DNA of 64,000 bases from Candidatus Latescibacterota bacterium (GTDB taxonomy: Bacteria; Latescibacterota; UBA2968; GCA-2709665): NCBI GenBank assembly GCA_965219995.1, contig CBDCOX010000002.1, positions 864,001 to 928,000 of the forward strand. The letters run 5' to 3'. The notes under the pieces were generated by a model. That model was given only the letters and a program-made list of their open reading frames with translations, made no database searches and was not told where the DNA came from. The translations under genes were made by a program, and so were the position numbers. Of this stretch, positions 21,151 to 31,094 are shown piece after piece. How positions within the stretch are numbered: position 1 is the first letter of the stretch; every line of letters starts with the position of its first letter.

Positions 21151-21936
21151 CTAATCTCCGGATTGAACGGCGCTGATTTCGTCCTTCGATATCTTGTGCA
21201 CGCTCTTGGGATTGAAGGTCTGCCGTGTGCCCGATCGGAGTGCAACTTCGATTCTTCCTCCGTTCAATACGAAAAACTGGAGCAGGAACCCGCCGCCCTG
21301 CATCGACTCGACCTGATATTCGTCTGGATCCATCCCGCGGACCCATTCAGGAAGGCGCGCCCCGAAACGGGCATCGGTGCAGACGGATTCCGGCAGTGCC
21401 ATGACCAGCGCACCGGGTGACTGGCCGAGGGCCTCACCGATGTTCCTTCGGATCCGTGCCAGATAGGGAATTACCTTCCCCGCGTAATCGAATTCGTCAT
21501 CCGCGCCGCGTCCGGGCGGCACGATACCCCACGTCATATGGTGGATGAAAGGATTGCCGTGACCCTGGGCGAGCATGTGGTCGAGGGCCGCTTCATCCAC
21601 GGGATGTACGACCGCGACGTAGTCAAACCAGCCCATTCCGCGAGCGGGGCTGTCCTCGGGGAGACCTGATGGCACATTGATGTAGTCGTGACCGTCCACC
21701 GGCGACGGATAGCAGCGAGTGTCCCAGCCGGAGACGTAACCGATGCGCTTCAACCGGCCGGCAACGAGATGCGGGGGATCCACGAATATGGCCGCATGGT
21801 CAGGATTCGGCAATAAAGGGACGCCGGCGGCTGAGATTCTTCGAGCGACGTCGAGCGCCTCACACAGTCGCTCCGGCGCATTGGAGATACCGAGTTGCTC
21901 ATTGAAATCGTCAGGCAGGATCACGTTACCGGACAT
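21151..21936 (-). CDS. Hypothetical protein, possible VOC-fold (HPPD/HglS-like) metalloenzyme
   Basis: AAGGAG RBS before ATG 21936; DHAAI, IHHMT, FLLQFF and IEVALR motifs. Confidence 0.6.
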   Translation of the reverse strand: MSGNVILPDDFNEQLGISNAPERLCEALDVARRISAAGVPLLPNPDHAAIFVDPPHLVAGRLKRIGYVSGWDTRCYPSPVDGHDYINVPSGLPEDSPARGMGWFDYVAVVHPVDEAALDHMLAQGHGNPFIHHMTWGIVPPGRGADDEFDYAGKVIPYLARIRRNIGEALGQSPGALVMALPESVCTDARFGARLPEWVRGMDPDEYQVESMQGGGFLLQFFVLNGGRIEVALRSGTRQTFNPKSVHKISKDEISAVQSGD

Positions 21937-21950
21937 CTTTTTCTCCTTTC

Positions 21951-22040
21951 GTGTTCTGTCCCGGAGATAAGTTGCCAAAATTCGGCCGTCGAATCGCCCG
22001 GCTCGGATCGACTCTATCAACCGGCCTTTGGGGACAGGAC
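21951..22040. mobile_element. Short, internally deleted copy of a MITE-like repeat
   Basis: 21951-22003 matches the reverse complement of 42777-42829 at 44/53 nt; ends GTTCTGTCCC / GGGACAGGAC. Confidence 0.55.
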
Positions 22041-22437
22041 GGCCGCGCTCAGCTATGAGTTGCAGAACATGAAAAACGGACGATGGGCTTCGGCACGAAT
22101 CACAGGAGGCTTCGGCAGGTAAAATTGCCTGACCCCGACACGGTGTCAAGCGGAATCCGGTTTGGGGAGGCGAAAGGGGTTCGATCTGCAACCGGTCATT
22201 TAAGCCGCAGCCGCGCCTGTGCGAAGATCCGATGAGCCGATGATTGAAACGCGAGGCGACAGACTCGCGTAAACACCCGTCGCGACCGGGAAAGCGGTCG
22301 TTTTTTTCCGGTTTGCAGGCAAGTTTTCAAATTCGTCATCCGATCTGAACACTCTATTCAAATCAGCGCGGAACGCGTCAGCCGTTCTTCAATTGCAATC
22401 CCTTGTTAAATTACCATTTACGTTCGATTATTCCCAC

Positions 22438-22453
22438 TGGCACAGTGATTGCA
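22438..22453 (+). promoter_or_regulatory. Sigma54 -24/-12 promoter
   Basis: TGGCACAGTGATTGCA matches TGGCAC-N5-TTGCW and ends 42 nt before the GTG start at 22496. Confidence 0.75.
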
Positions 22454-22495
22454 GCGGACTGATTGGCGTGTCGGTGTGTGCGGAAGGAGAATCGC

Positions 22496-25400
22496 GTGAA
22501 ACAGGTCTTTTTGCTCATTATCGTGTTTCAGTTGCTGGGACAGGACGCGTTGCTGGCCGAGATGATCGCAACCCCGGATACGCTTCGCTTCGGTCCTGTA
22601 CGCACGGGGACTTCCGTCATGGACAGTGTCGTTTTGGTGAACAGAGGGCAGGGCGAAATAGCATTGACATCGGCTGATATTGACGGGACTGCATTCCATC
22701 CGCCGGAGGATCTCCCTTACGCCGAAGGCGTCACGCTGGCACCCGAACAGGCCATGAGCGTGCAGGTCAGGTTTGCACCAGAGAACCAGGCCGACTATTC
22801 CTCAACGCTGACCATCGGGACAGGCAGCGGCATCCTGAATATAACCCTGGAGGGGGAAGGCGTTCGCGAAGTGATTGTTATTCAGGAGGTTCTCGCCGAC
22901 CCGCCGGCGGACGCGGACGGTGATTCCAACCTGGACGGGACACGTCACTCCGGTCAGGACGAATTCGTTGAACTGCTCAACATCGGAACCAGGACGGTCG
23001 ATCTGGGCGGATGGCAACTGAGCGACGCGGGGACAGCGCCTGCATCGAGGTTTACGTTTCCTGACGACACCTCGTTGGGTCCCGGCGAGCGCGTGGTTCT
23101 GTTCGGGGGCGGCACACCCACAGGTTTTACGGGATCCGTGTTCGTGGATGATGGGTCGATTGGCGGCGGTCTGAGAAACGGGGGCGATACGGTTTTCCTG
23201 ATCGATCCGAACGTGCCCGATACCGTTGCATCCGCGGCCTACGGTACCGAAGGTGACAAGAATCAGTCGCTGGTGCGCCATCCGCAAGGACGCGGCCCTT
23301 TCGTCCTCCATAGTGCATTTCCCGGTGACGGCGCATTGTTTTCGCCGGGCCGGGCCCGAACGGTCATCGACGGGACCGATGTCGCACCCGGCGATTCCTC
23401 CGTGGCTTCGATCGGCGAAGACGCCGAACAGGCGCTCGTTCCATCCGAAAGCGCGGGTGGACGCGTGGTGATCGATGAAATCCTGGCGGACCCGGCTTCA
23501 GGTCCGGCTGGTGACGCCAACCGGGACGGTGTCAGAGACGGCAAGGAGGACGAGTTTGTGGAAATCTGGAACGTTGACTCGAAGCCGGTGACGATTGGGG
23601 GCTGGTGGCTCAGCGACGACGACGTCGGGTCCGACGGGCGGTTTTATTTTCCGGACGGCCTGGTACTTGAGCCTGGAATGCGCGCGGTGCTGTTTGGCGG
23701 CGGAAGCCCGCGGGATCTCACCGGTCCCGTATTTGCGGACGACGGCAGCATCGGAAACGGGTTAACCAATAAGGGAGATCTGGTACTGCTGGTCGATCCG
23801 GTATCCGATGATACGGTGGCAGTGGCCCGGTTCGAGGTCGCTGGAGACCTGAACCGATCCCTGGTGAGATTCGCGGAAGGGGTTTACGTTCCACATCCCG
23901 ATTTGCCGGACGGTGGGCGTATCTCCCCCGGCCTGCCGCACCCGAGACCCGCACCTCCGGGGGGATCGGAACGATCCCTCCGACCCGAATTTCTGGATGC
24001 GCCTCCGTCCTGGTGTCGGGTTGGCGCGCTCTGCCGGTTCGTGCCCAGAATCCGCAATCTGGACGGTGGATTTGTGAATCTGGAAACGCGCGTGCAGGGC
24101 GTTGTGTGGGATCGACTCACGGGTGAAATACGATGGCGGCCGGATAAGGAAGGGCGTTTTCGTTTCTGGCAGACCGCGGTCAGTGGCTCGGGGGCAAAGA
24201 CCGTCAGGCAGTTTGACGTGCGGGTCGAACCGCGGCCGCAGATTGCCATCGTGGAAATTCTGGCCGACCCCCCGCCGGGCCCGGTAGGAGACGCGAATCG
24301 GGACGGGACCCGGGACGGCCAGGCGGATGAATTCGTGGAGATCAGGAATAGAGGGCCGGATTCGGTATGGCTTTCAGGCTGGCGGTTGAGCGACGATGAT
24401 GTCTCGTCGCGCCGGCAATTCAGGTTTCCGGACTTCACGAGACTTCATCCCGGAGAACGCGCCGTTCTGTTCGGCGGAGGGCGACCTGTAGGGTTCGACG
24501 GCCAGGTTTTCGTGGACGACGGCAGTATAGGCGACGGATTAACCGACACGGCGGACGTGATCCTGCTGATCGATCCCGCATTGAACGATACGCTCGCCAG
24601 GGCAGCCTATCACGTAGAAGGTGAGCTTGACCAGTCTCTGGTGTGGGACGGGGCCGGCTGGGTCCCCCACCGGACCCCTCCGGGAATAGGGGGTTATTCG
24701 CCGGGGTTGCCTTCAGAATCGGGCGTCGTCTTCGCGGAAGACGACGAAAAACAGCAAAGCGGCGGAACAGACGACGACAAGGCAGGTTCGAATGCCGGAG
24801 ACACGGGACATGGCGATCCGTCAGGGCCGGCTGGGGTGATCATCAGCGAAATCCTCGCGAATCCCGCCTCCGGTACACCCGGCGACGCCAACGGCGATGG
24901 AGAACGTCACGGATATCGGGATGAGTTTGTGGAACTGGGGAATACCGGGCCGGACACGGCCCGTCTGGACGGATGCAGACTCGGGGACGACGATACCCCG
25001 TTGAACCGTATGTTCGGATTTCCCGATGGAACGATGCTTCCGCCGGGAGGGTTCCTGGTTCTCTTCGGCGGTGGTTCGCTCAAGGATTTCCCGGAGGCGG
25101 CGTTTACGGATGACGGTCGGATCGGCGACGGCCTCTCAAATTCGGGCGATACCGTCGTCTTTCTGTCACCCGACGGCGAGGACACGCTTGACGTGGTCAA
25201 CTTCGGGAGCGCTCCCTCGGGGACCTCGCTGGTCCGCCGTGAGGATGCCACGCTCCAGCGTCACGATCTTCTGCCATACACCGGGTCGATCTCACCGGGC
25301 CGAGCGGCGCCGTTGCTGGTCGGCATTCGCGTTGTACCTGACACGATGGACATGGAACCCGGTTCCCTCCGAGATGTCGCCGCGGAGGGGGTTTTCGACT

Positions 25401-26920
25401 CAGAAGACCTGGCGGATGTAACGGACGATCTGACCTGGATCGTGGAGGACTCCTCGGTAGCCCGACTTGAACCCGGGCTGCAAATACGTGCTCTCGCGGC
25501 GGGCGAGACGTCGGTGCAGGGGCGATTCGGGCGTCTCACGTCACATGCCGTCGTCAGGGTTCTTACGGGGAAGACGGGCGAAAGCGGTAATTCGGACGAT
25601 CCGGACGACGAAGATAGCGACGGTGCGGACCCTTCTGCAAATCTCCCGCCGGTGATCGTTTCACACCCCGATACGCTGGTCATCGCCGGCCTCAGGTACG
25701 CGTACCGGCCGACCGCCGAGGATCCGGAAGGCGATTCTGTGGTCTTCTCCGCACCACGGAAACCGGCATGGCTGCACTGGACGGGCTTCCGATTGGACGG
25801 GTTGCCTGAAGACGCCGGATTCTGGCCGGTTGCCGTCATGGCGACCGACGGTCGTAACACGACCGAACAGGCGTTCACCATCCGGGCTGTGAAACCCGGT
25901 TTCTCACGGGCAGGCCGACCGGACAGCATCGCCTACGTCGATGTGACATGGCGGTTGTCTCTGGATCTCAGCGACGGGATTCAGGTTCAGGCAGAAGGCG
26001 GACCCGTTCCGGAAGCCTCGGGGAAATCCCTGGTGTGGCGCCCGCAAGCCGGCGACGAAGGCCGTCGAAAAATCACGGTCTCCATAAGCGGACACGGCTC
26101 GGAGAGCCTGGTCCTGACATTCCGGATCACGGTCCGTCCACGGCCGCAGGTCCAAGTCGCGGAGATCCTGGTGGATCCGGTCGCGGATGTAAGCGGAGAT
26201 GGAACGCTTGACCGTTTCGGCGATCAATTCATCGAGTTATTCAATCCCGTCGAATACGAAGTGGACCTGTCCGACTGGACGCTCGGCGACGACGACGGGG
26301 AGCCGTTTGAATTTCCAAAGGGAACGGTTTTGAATGGGGGAGAACGTCTCACCCTTTTCGGGGGCGGGCTGCGTGGGGCCCGGAACGGCCGGTTTTCCGC
26401 GGACGGGCGCATCGGAAACGGGCTGGACGAATCGGACCGGATCCTGTTGATCGCGCCGGGCGGACCGGATACGCTGGTCGACGTCCGCTATACCGGAGGG
26501 CTGATTGGCGCGTCTCTCGTTCCCGACCCGATGAAACCCGGCGGGTGGCTGCCCCACAACCAGATTTCCAGTCTGCCGTTTTCGCCGGGTCTTGCCACAC
26601 TGACGGCGGATTCCGCTGCAGCCGCCGCGGAATACACCGCCAACGGAGCTGAGGTGTATCCGGCTCACCCATTTCCAAACCCGTTTAATATTCACACGAC
26701 CATCGGGATCCGCAGCGCCGGCGATCCGGCCGAATTAATGGTGTATAACATTCTCGGACAACCGGTTCGGAGGTTTCCGGTCACCGGGGGATCAGGTTTT
26801 CAGCAACTGGTGTGGGACGGACGCGACGATCTGGGGCGACCTGTGGGAACGGGCGTATACCTCATTCGTTTTCGAAACGGATTGCATGTCCGCACAATGC
26901 GAGTGGTACTGGTAAAATGA
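22496..26920 (+). CDS. Secreted multi-lamin-tail-domain protein with Ig-like modules and a FlgD-Ig/T9SS-like C-terminal domain
   Basis: GAAGGAG RBS, signal peptide, five repeats of EILADP..GDANxDG..DEFVE..W.L.D..F.FP..LFGGG, Big_2/He_PIG-like segments, C-terminal PNPFN...VYNILGQ...WDGRDD.G...GVY. Confidence 0.8.
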   Translation: MKQVFLLIIVFQLLGQDALLAEMIATPDTLRFGPVRTGTSVMDSVVLVNRGQGEIALTSADIDGTAFHPPEDLPYAEGVTLAPEQAMSVQVRFAPENQADYSSTLTIGTGSGILNITLEGEGVREVIVIQEVLADPPADADGDSNLDGTRHSGQDEFVELLNIGTRTVDLGGWQLSDAGTAPASRFTFPDDTSLGPGERVVLFGGGTPTGFTGSVFVDDGSIGGGLRNGGDTVFLIDPNVPDTVASAAYGTEGDKNQSLVRHPQGRGPFVLHSAFPGDGALFSPGRARTVIDGTDVAPGDSSVASIGEDAEQALVPSESAGGRVVIDEILADPASGPAGDANRDGVRDGKEDEFVEIWNVDSKPVTIGGWWLSDDDVGSDGRFYFPDGLVLEPGMRAVLFGGGSPRDLTGPVFADDGSIGNGLTNKGDLVLLVDPVSDDTVAVARFEVAGDLNRSLVRFAEGVYVPHPDLPDGGRISPGLPHPRPAPPGGSERSLRPEFLDAPPSWCRVGALCRFVPRIRNLDGGFVNLETRVQGVVWDRLTGEIRWRPDKEGRFRFWQTAVSGSGAKTVRQFDVRVEPRPQIAIVEILADPPPGPVGDANRDGTRDGQADEFVEIRNRGPDSVWLSGWRLSDDDVSSRRQFRFPDFTRLHPGERAVLFGGGRPVGFDGQVFVDDGSIGDGLTDTADVILLIDPALNDTLARAAYHVEGELDQSLVWDGAGWVPHRTPPGIGGYSPGLPSESGVVFAEDDEKQQSGGTDDDKAGSNAGDTGHGDPSGPAGVIISEILANPASGTPGDANGDGERHGYRDEFVELGNTGPDTARLDGCRLGDDDTPLNRMFGFPDGTMLPPGGFLVLFGGGSLKDFPEAAFTDDGRIGDGLSNSGDTVVFLSPDGEDTLDVVNFGSAPSGTSLVRREDATLQRHDLLPYTGSISPGRAAPLLVGIRVVPDTMDMEPGSLRDVAAEGVFDSEDLADVTDDLTWIVEDSSVARLEPGLQIRALAAGETSVQGRFGRLTSHAVVRVLTGKTGESGNSDDPDDEDSDGADPSANLPPVIVSHPDTLVIAGLRYAYRPTAEDPEGDSVVFSAPRKPAWLHWTGFRLDGLPEDAGFWPVAVMATDGRNTTEQAFTIRAVKPGFSRAGRPDSIAYVDVTWRLSLDLSDGIQVQAEGGPVPEASGKSLVWRPQAGDEGRRKITVSISGHGSESLVLTFRITVRPRPQVQVAEILVDPVADVSGDGTLDRFGDQFIELFNPVEYEVDLSDWTLGDDDGEPFEFPKGTVLNGGERLTLFGGGLRGARNGRFSADGRIGNGLDESDRILLIAPGGPDTLVDVRYTGGLIGASLVPDPMKPGGWLPHNQISSLPFSPGLATLTADSAAAAAEYTANGAEVYPAHPFPNPFNIHTTIGIRSAGDPAELMVYNILGQPVRRFPVTGGSGFQQLVWDGRDDLGRPVGTGVYLIRFRNGLHVRTMRVVLVK

Positions 26921-27105
26921 CGCAGGGAGATCCTGTGCGAAGCCGCGTGCCCGTAAGAAAATTCACTGCACGTCGCCGTTCTGTACGCAGCGATTGGTTG
27001 CGAGAGGCCGTCTCCTTGCGGACGCTGAGAACACGCGCCGTTTTTCTCAGGCATATGGTCGATCATGATTGGCACAAAAATCATCGTGGAAAGGGGGTGG
27101 AATTC

Positions 27106-27366
27106 ATGGCGCAACCCGAGATTACGTTCAGGCATGGTTCCTGCAGCGCCTCGGTATTTGAAAACGAATACAACCGCGGCAAGGAAAGCTTCAACGTCCG
27201 TACGGTTTCGTTCCAGAGGAGCTACCGGGACAAGCAAGGCGAGTGGCAGCGTTCCAGCAGCCTGCGGGTGAACGATATCCCGAAGGCGATTCTGGTACTC
27301 AACAAGGCCTATGAGTACCTGACGTCCAACGGTCAGGCCGAAGTCGAAGAAGAATCTGCAAGCTGA
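27106..27366 (+). CDS. Small conserved-looking hypothetical protein, possibly single-stranded nucleic acid binding
   Basis: GGGGTG RBS; beta-rich ASVFEN...VSFQRSYRDKQGEW followed by a C-terminal helix and acidic tail. Confidence 0.65.
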   Translation: MAQPEITFRHGSCSASVFENEYNRGKESFNVRTVSFQRSYRDKQGEWQRSSSLRVNDIPKAILVLNKAYEYLTSNGQAEVEEESAS

Positions 27367-27391
27367 AACAGGATCTGCCGTAAATTGCGAC

Positions 27392-27430
27392 GAGGGGTAA
27401 CCGGTTTCGTTTTCCGGTTATCCCTCTTTT
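27392..27430 (+). terminator. Intrinsic terminator
   Basis: GAGGGGTAACCGG-N9-CCGGTTATCCCTC-TTTT. Confidence 0.65.
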
Positions 27431-27511
27431 GCTTATTCAAGGTTCTATTGTTGTTTCCAGAACGATTTGTTCGTATCTTCGGTGGAACGTGAATTGGAAG
27501 GGTTGCCGAGC

Positions 27512-28447
27512 ATGCGGAGCGTTCTCATGGTAGACGAACAGGTCGATGTCGAGCAATCTCTGCGTCGCCTGACCGGCGAATTGCAGAATTTCCAGGAAAT
27601 CGTCAAGCACATCATACCTCCGTCGGGTGAGATTCCCGTGTTGAAGGGAATTGACATCTATGGAGAAACCATTCCGCTGGACGGCCTGATCGGCGGCGAT
27701 CATATCATCTACGTCGATTTCAAGAACCGGTACGATCTCGAGGCGAGAATCAGGCAGGCGGAGAAAGACGGTCGCGTCTGTGTCGCCGAAAATCTGAGGA
27801 GATGCCAGCGTATGGCCGGGATCGCGCTCGTGGACGTATCGGGTCACCAGATTACGGACGCGATGCTGGCCGGTATGCTGCACGAGGCCTTCCTGCTGGG
27901 GGCCACCTACGAATTGGACCAGTTCGGCACGATCACCGAGAAACTGTTCGAGAATCTGAATACCCGGATTTACAATTCCTCCAGCGTCAGCAAATTCCTC
28001 ACGATGATTTATGGCGAGATCAGCGAAAACGATACGTTCAAGTTTCTTTCTGCCGCGCACCCCATGCCGATTGTATTTTCAAATTCGCAGGACCGGATTA
28101 CGGACGTGAGCGAGGGTCTGTTCGCGAATTTCCCTCCTATTGGCACATTGCCGTCGCAGGAGGATATCGACCGGCAGGCGGTCCGGAGCGTGCTTGGCTT
28201 CAAGAAAAAATACGAGATCAATGAGTGGGCGCTTCGGGGATCCGGAGACATTCTGTTGCTGTATACGGACGGGCTGGCGGACCACCGAAGAGGCGAGGAA
28301 GATTATTTCCCATGCCGGCTCGAGGCCGTGCTGCGACGGGTCAAGGGGTTGCCGGCCCATGAGATATTCGAAGCCATCAAGGAGGACCTGCTCGACTTCG
28401 GCCAACCCATAGACGATATCAGTCTTGTTGTAATAAAGAGGACCTAG
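27512..28447 (+). CDS. PP2C/SpoIIE-family Ser/Thr phosphatase without sensor domain
   Basis: IGGD, DVSGH, LLLYTDGL, DDISLV. Start uncertain (27467-27527). Confidence 0.8.
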   Translation: MRSVLMVDEQVDVEQSLRRLTGELQNFQEIVKHIIPPSGEIPVLKGIDIYGETIPLDGLIGGDHIIYVDFKNRYDLEARIRQAEKDGRVCVAENLRRCQRMAGIALVDVSGHQITDAMLAGMLHEAFLLGATYELDQFGTITEKLFENLNTRIYNSSSVSKFLTMIYGEISENDTFKFLSAAHPMPIVFSNSQDRITDVSEGLFANFPPIGTLPSQEDIDRQAVRSVLGFKKKYEINEWALRGSGDILLLYTDGLADHRRGEEDYFPCRLEAVLRRVKGLPAHEIFEAIKEDLLDFGQPIDDISLVVIKRT

Positions 28448-28523
28448 CAATTATCCTCCGGCCACGGGCGTCGAAAAGCCGGACCGGATCCGATGCGGAC
28501 GAATTACCGCAGGGGGCAATGCC

Positions 28524-29933
28524 ATGAAGATGTTTGTCGATTCCCGCTGGATGGACAAGGGAGAGAAGATCGAAGTGCTGAATCCGTACGATGGCTCGGT
28601 GATCGACACGGTACCGCGGGCGGATAGCGCCGACGTTCAGGCCGCCCTCGCGACCGCGGCCAGGGGCGCGGAAATCATGGGGGCGATGCCGGCACACGAG
28701 CGATACCGCATTCTTCACCGCGCCGCGGATTTGATGGCGGACCGTCAGGAAGACTTCGGATGGACCATCTCCGCCGAAGAGGGAAAGATTATATCCGAGG
28801 GGCGCGGGGAAGCCGCAAGGGCGGTCGATACGATGACGCTTTCGGCTGAAGAGGCGAAACGGCTTTATGGAGAGACCATTCCGCTGGACGGCGCGACCGG
28901 TGCGGAGGGCAAATTCGGGTTTACCGTAAGGGTGCCCTGCGGCGTTGTCGTTGCCATTACACCATTTAATTTCCCCTTGAATCTGGTCTGCCACAAAGTT
29001 GGCCCAGCGCTGGCGGCCGGAAATTCCGTGATCGTAAAGCCGGCCACAGACACGCCTCTTTCCGCCATGAAGCTTGTGAAGGTGCTTCTGGACGCGGGCG
29101 CACCGGCCGAAGCCGTGCAGTGTATCACCGGGCCCGGCGGCGAAATTGGAGATATGCTGTCGTCCGATCCCAGAGTGCGTAAGATCTCCTTCACCGGCAG
29201 CAGGGACGTCGGCGAACAAATCTGCAGAACGGCAGGGCTGAAGAAGGTAACGATGGAACTGGGGTCCAATTCGCCGCTGATTGTGATGCCGGACGCCGAT
29301 CTGGAAAAGGTGGCTGAAGCGACAGCCGCGACCGGATTCGCAAATGCCGGGCAGGTCTGCATTTCAGCGCAGCGGGTAATGGTCAACAAGGACGTTTACG
29401 AGGACTTCATCGACGTACTCCGGCCTCGGGTGGAGGCCATGACAACGGGCGACCAACTGGATGAATCGGTATCCATGGGGCCGATGATTCGAGAGAACGA
29501 TGCGGTGCGGGTAAGCGACTGGATACACGAGGCGAGCCAGGGCGGCGCGAGGGTAATCGTGGGCGGAGACCGGAACGGTACATTACACACGCCCACGGTG
29601 GTCGCCGACGTCGATCCCAGGATGCGGATCTCCTGCGACGAACTCTTCGGCCCGGCCGTCGGACTGACCCGATTCGAAGCCATCGATGAGGCCATCGCCT
29701 CGGCCAACGACACGAATTACGGTTTGTCGGCCGCGCTGTTCACCGAGAATCTGGACCACGCGATGCAATTCGTTAACAAAGTGCAGTCAGGAAATATTAT
29801 GGTGAATTGGGGACCTCAATGGCGGGCGGACCTGATGCCGTACGGAGGACTCAAGGAAAGCGGTATGGGCAAGGAAGGCCCCAAGTACGCGGTGGAGGAG
29901 ATGACAGAGTTGAAGATGGTGGTTTTTCACTAA
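28524..29933 (+). CDS. NAD(P)-dependent aldehyde dehydrogenase
   Basis: ITPFNFP, SFTGS, MELGSN, NAGQVCIS, ELFGP, PYGGLKESG. Confidence 0.93.
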   Translation: MKMFVDSRWMDKGEKIEVLNPYDGSVIDTVPRADSADVQAALATAARGAEIMGAMPAHERYRILHRAADLMADRQEDFGWTISAEEGKIISEGRGEAARAVDTMTLSAEEAKRLYGETIPLDGATGAEGKFGFTVRVPCGVVVAITPFNFPLNLVCHKVGPALAAGNSVIVKPATDTPLSAMKLVKVLLDAGAPAEAVQCITGPGGEIGDMLSSDPRVRKISFTGSRDVGEQICRTAGLKKVTMELGSNSPLIVMPDADLEKVAEATAATGFANAGQVCISAQRVMVNKDVYEDFIDVLRPRVEAMTTGDQLDESVSMGPMIRENDAVRVSDWIHEASQGGARVIVGGDRNGTLHTPTVVADVDPRMRISCDELFGPAVGLTRFEAIDEAIASANDTNYGLSAALFTENLDHAMQFVNKVQSGNIMVNWGPQWRADLMPYGGLKESGMGKEGPKYAVEEMTELKMVVFH

Positions 29934-30100
29934 TCGCAAGGGCGTGAACCCACCGGACGAAGGTCGAGGCGTGGAGACTGCAGGAAATGGGCGAATCCAG
30001 CCGTTCGAACGCCCTGCGTCGCGCGTGAACCGGTCGTATTCAGCGTTTGACCGCGAGTGAAATGCGCAGTTGTGTAAAATCAAGCCCGTTATCGGGCATC

Positions 30101-30135
30101 AAAAAAAGCGGAGTGCCCTGTTGGGGCTCCGCTTT
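30101..30135 (-). terminator. Intrinsic terminator downstream of the HU gene
   Basis: A7-GCGGAG..CCC-loop-GGG-CTCCGC-TTT. Confidence 0.65.
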
Positions 30136-30250
30136 CTGCGTTTGCTATGAATCTATCCGGACGTGCGCCCGGCTGTTTCTTTGACGATTGAAACCCAGTG
30201 CGACGCCATGCCTGCAGAACCGGCCGGAGATTTCGTCATCTGTACAGAGG

Positions 30251-30565
30251 TCAGGAATCCATCTGATCGGTTGGATCGAGCGGCTGGTGGAGCGCTTTCT
30301 TGATGAGTACGCCGGCCTTGAAATAGCTCTTCTTCCGTGCGGGCACGTACACGATTTCACCTGTTCTTGGGTTGCGCGCCGCTGGTTTGGGCTTGGTATT
30401 CTTTACGCCCAGAACGCCGAAACCGCGAATCTCGATGCGGTCTCCTGAAATGAGGCTCTCGCGCATAGCCTTGAAGAGCGTGTCTACAACCTCGTAGGCG
30501 AGTTGCTTCTTCACGCCCAGGCGCTCGGAAATCTCGAGCGCCAGGTCTTTCTTGGTTGTTGTCAT
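30251..30565 (-). CDS. HU/IHF family DNA-binding protein
   Basis: TKKDL...RIEIRGFG...ARNPRTGE..VPA..YFKAG; GGAGGAG RBS. Confidence 0.92.
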   Translation of the reverse strand: MTTTKKDLALEISERLGVKKQLAYEVVDTLFKAMRESLISGDRIEIRGFGVLGVKNTKPKPAARNPRTGEIVYVPARKKSYFKAGVLIKKALHQPLDPTDQMDS

Positions 30566-30605
30566 TTTCTCCTCCCGATTGGCCTGCTCGACTGAGCCGA
30601 AGCGT

Positions 30606-30635
30606 AATATAGACCCAAAGTGTCGATTGTTGCAA
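30606..30635 (-). promoter_or_regulatory. Putative sigma70 promoter of the HU/IHF gene
   Basis: TTGCAA-N18-TATATT on the minus strand, with an AT-rich upstream region. Confidence 0.5.
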
Positions 30636-31094
30636 GAAAAAAATTTACTAGAAGTTACACGGATTTCCACCAAAACGGAACCGGGCTGCAGGATTCAGGT
30701 TTATCTGTAATTGATTGTTTTTAATAAACTTGCATGAAAACCCACATATCTTATTGAATTTTAAACACTTATACGAATTGTGTCTCGTTTGCTTTTTTCG
30801 TCGAGTGCGCCGACACGACACGGGGAGGCGTGTGGCCCCCGTACAATGCGGCGGTCCTCGGACCGACAATGCCCGCAATCGCCGATGCCGGCAACAGTCG
30901 TGCATGACGTTCGGTTTACGTCGTACTGGAGAGTCGGTTCTCTTGCGGTAGAATTTAACGGTGCGGGATCTTGCGCGGGAATTGGACGGCAGCCATCCGG
31001 CGATTCAGTGAGCCGTCGTTTCTTGAACCCCGGGATGCCCGGGCTGCGCATCGGAAACGAGCTATTGTATGTAGACCGGGGTGCGTGGCGGAGC

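Noticed and set aside
22870-26600. CRISPR-like or DNA-level repeat array
   Set aside because: The repeats are diverged protein domain repeats within one ORF, not identical DNA repeats with spacers.
27070-27085. Second sigma54 site (TGGCACAAAAATCATC)
   Set aside because: It lacks the -12 TTGC element.
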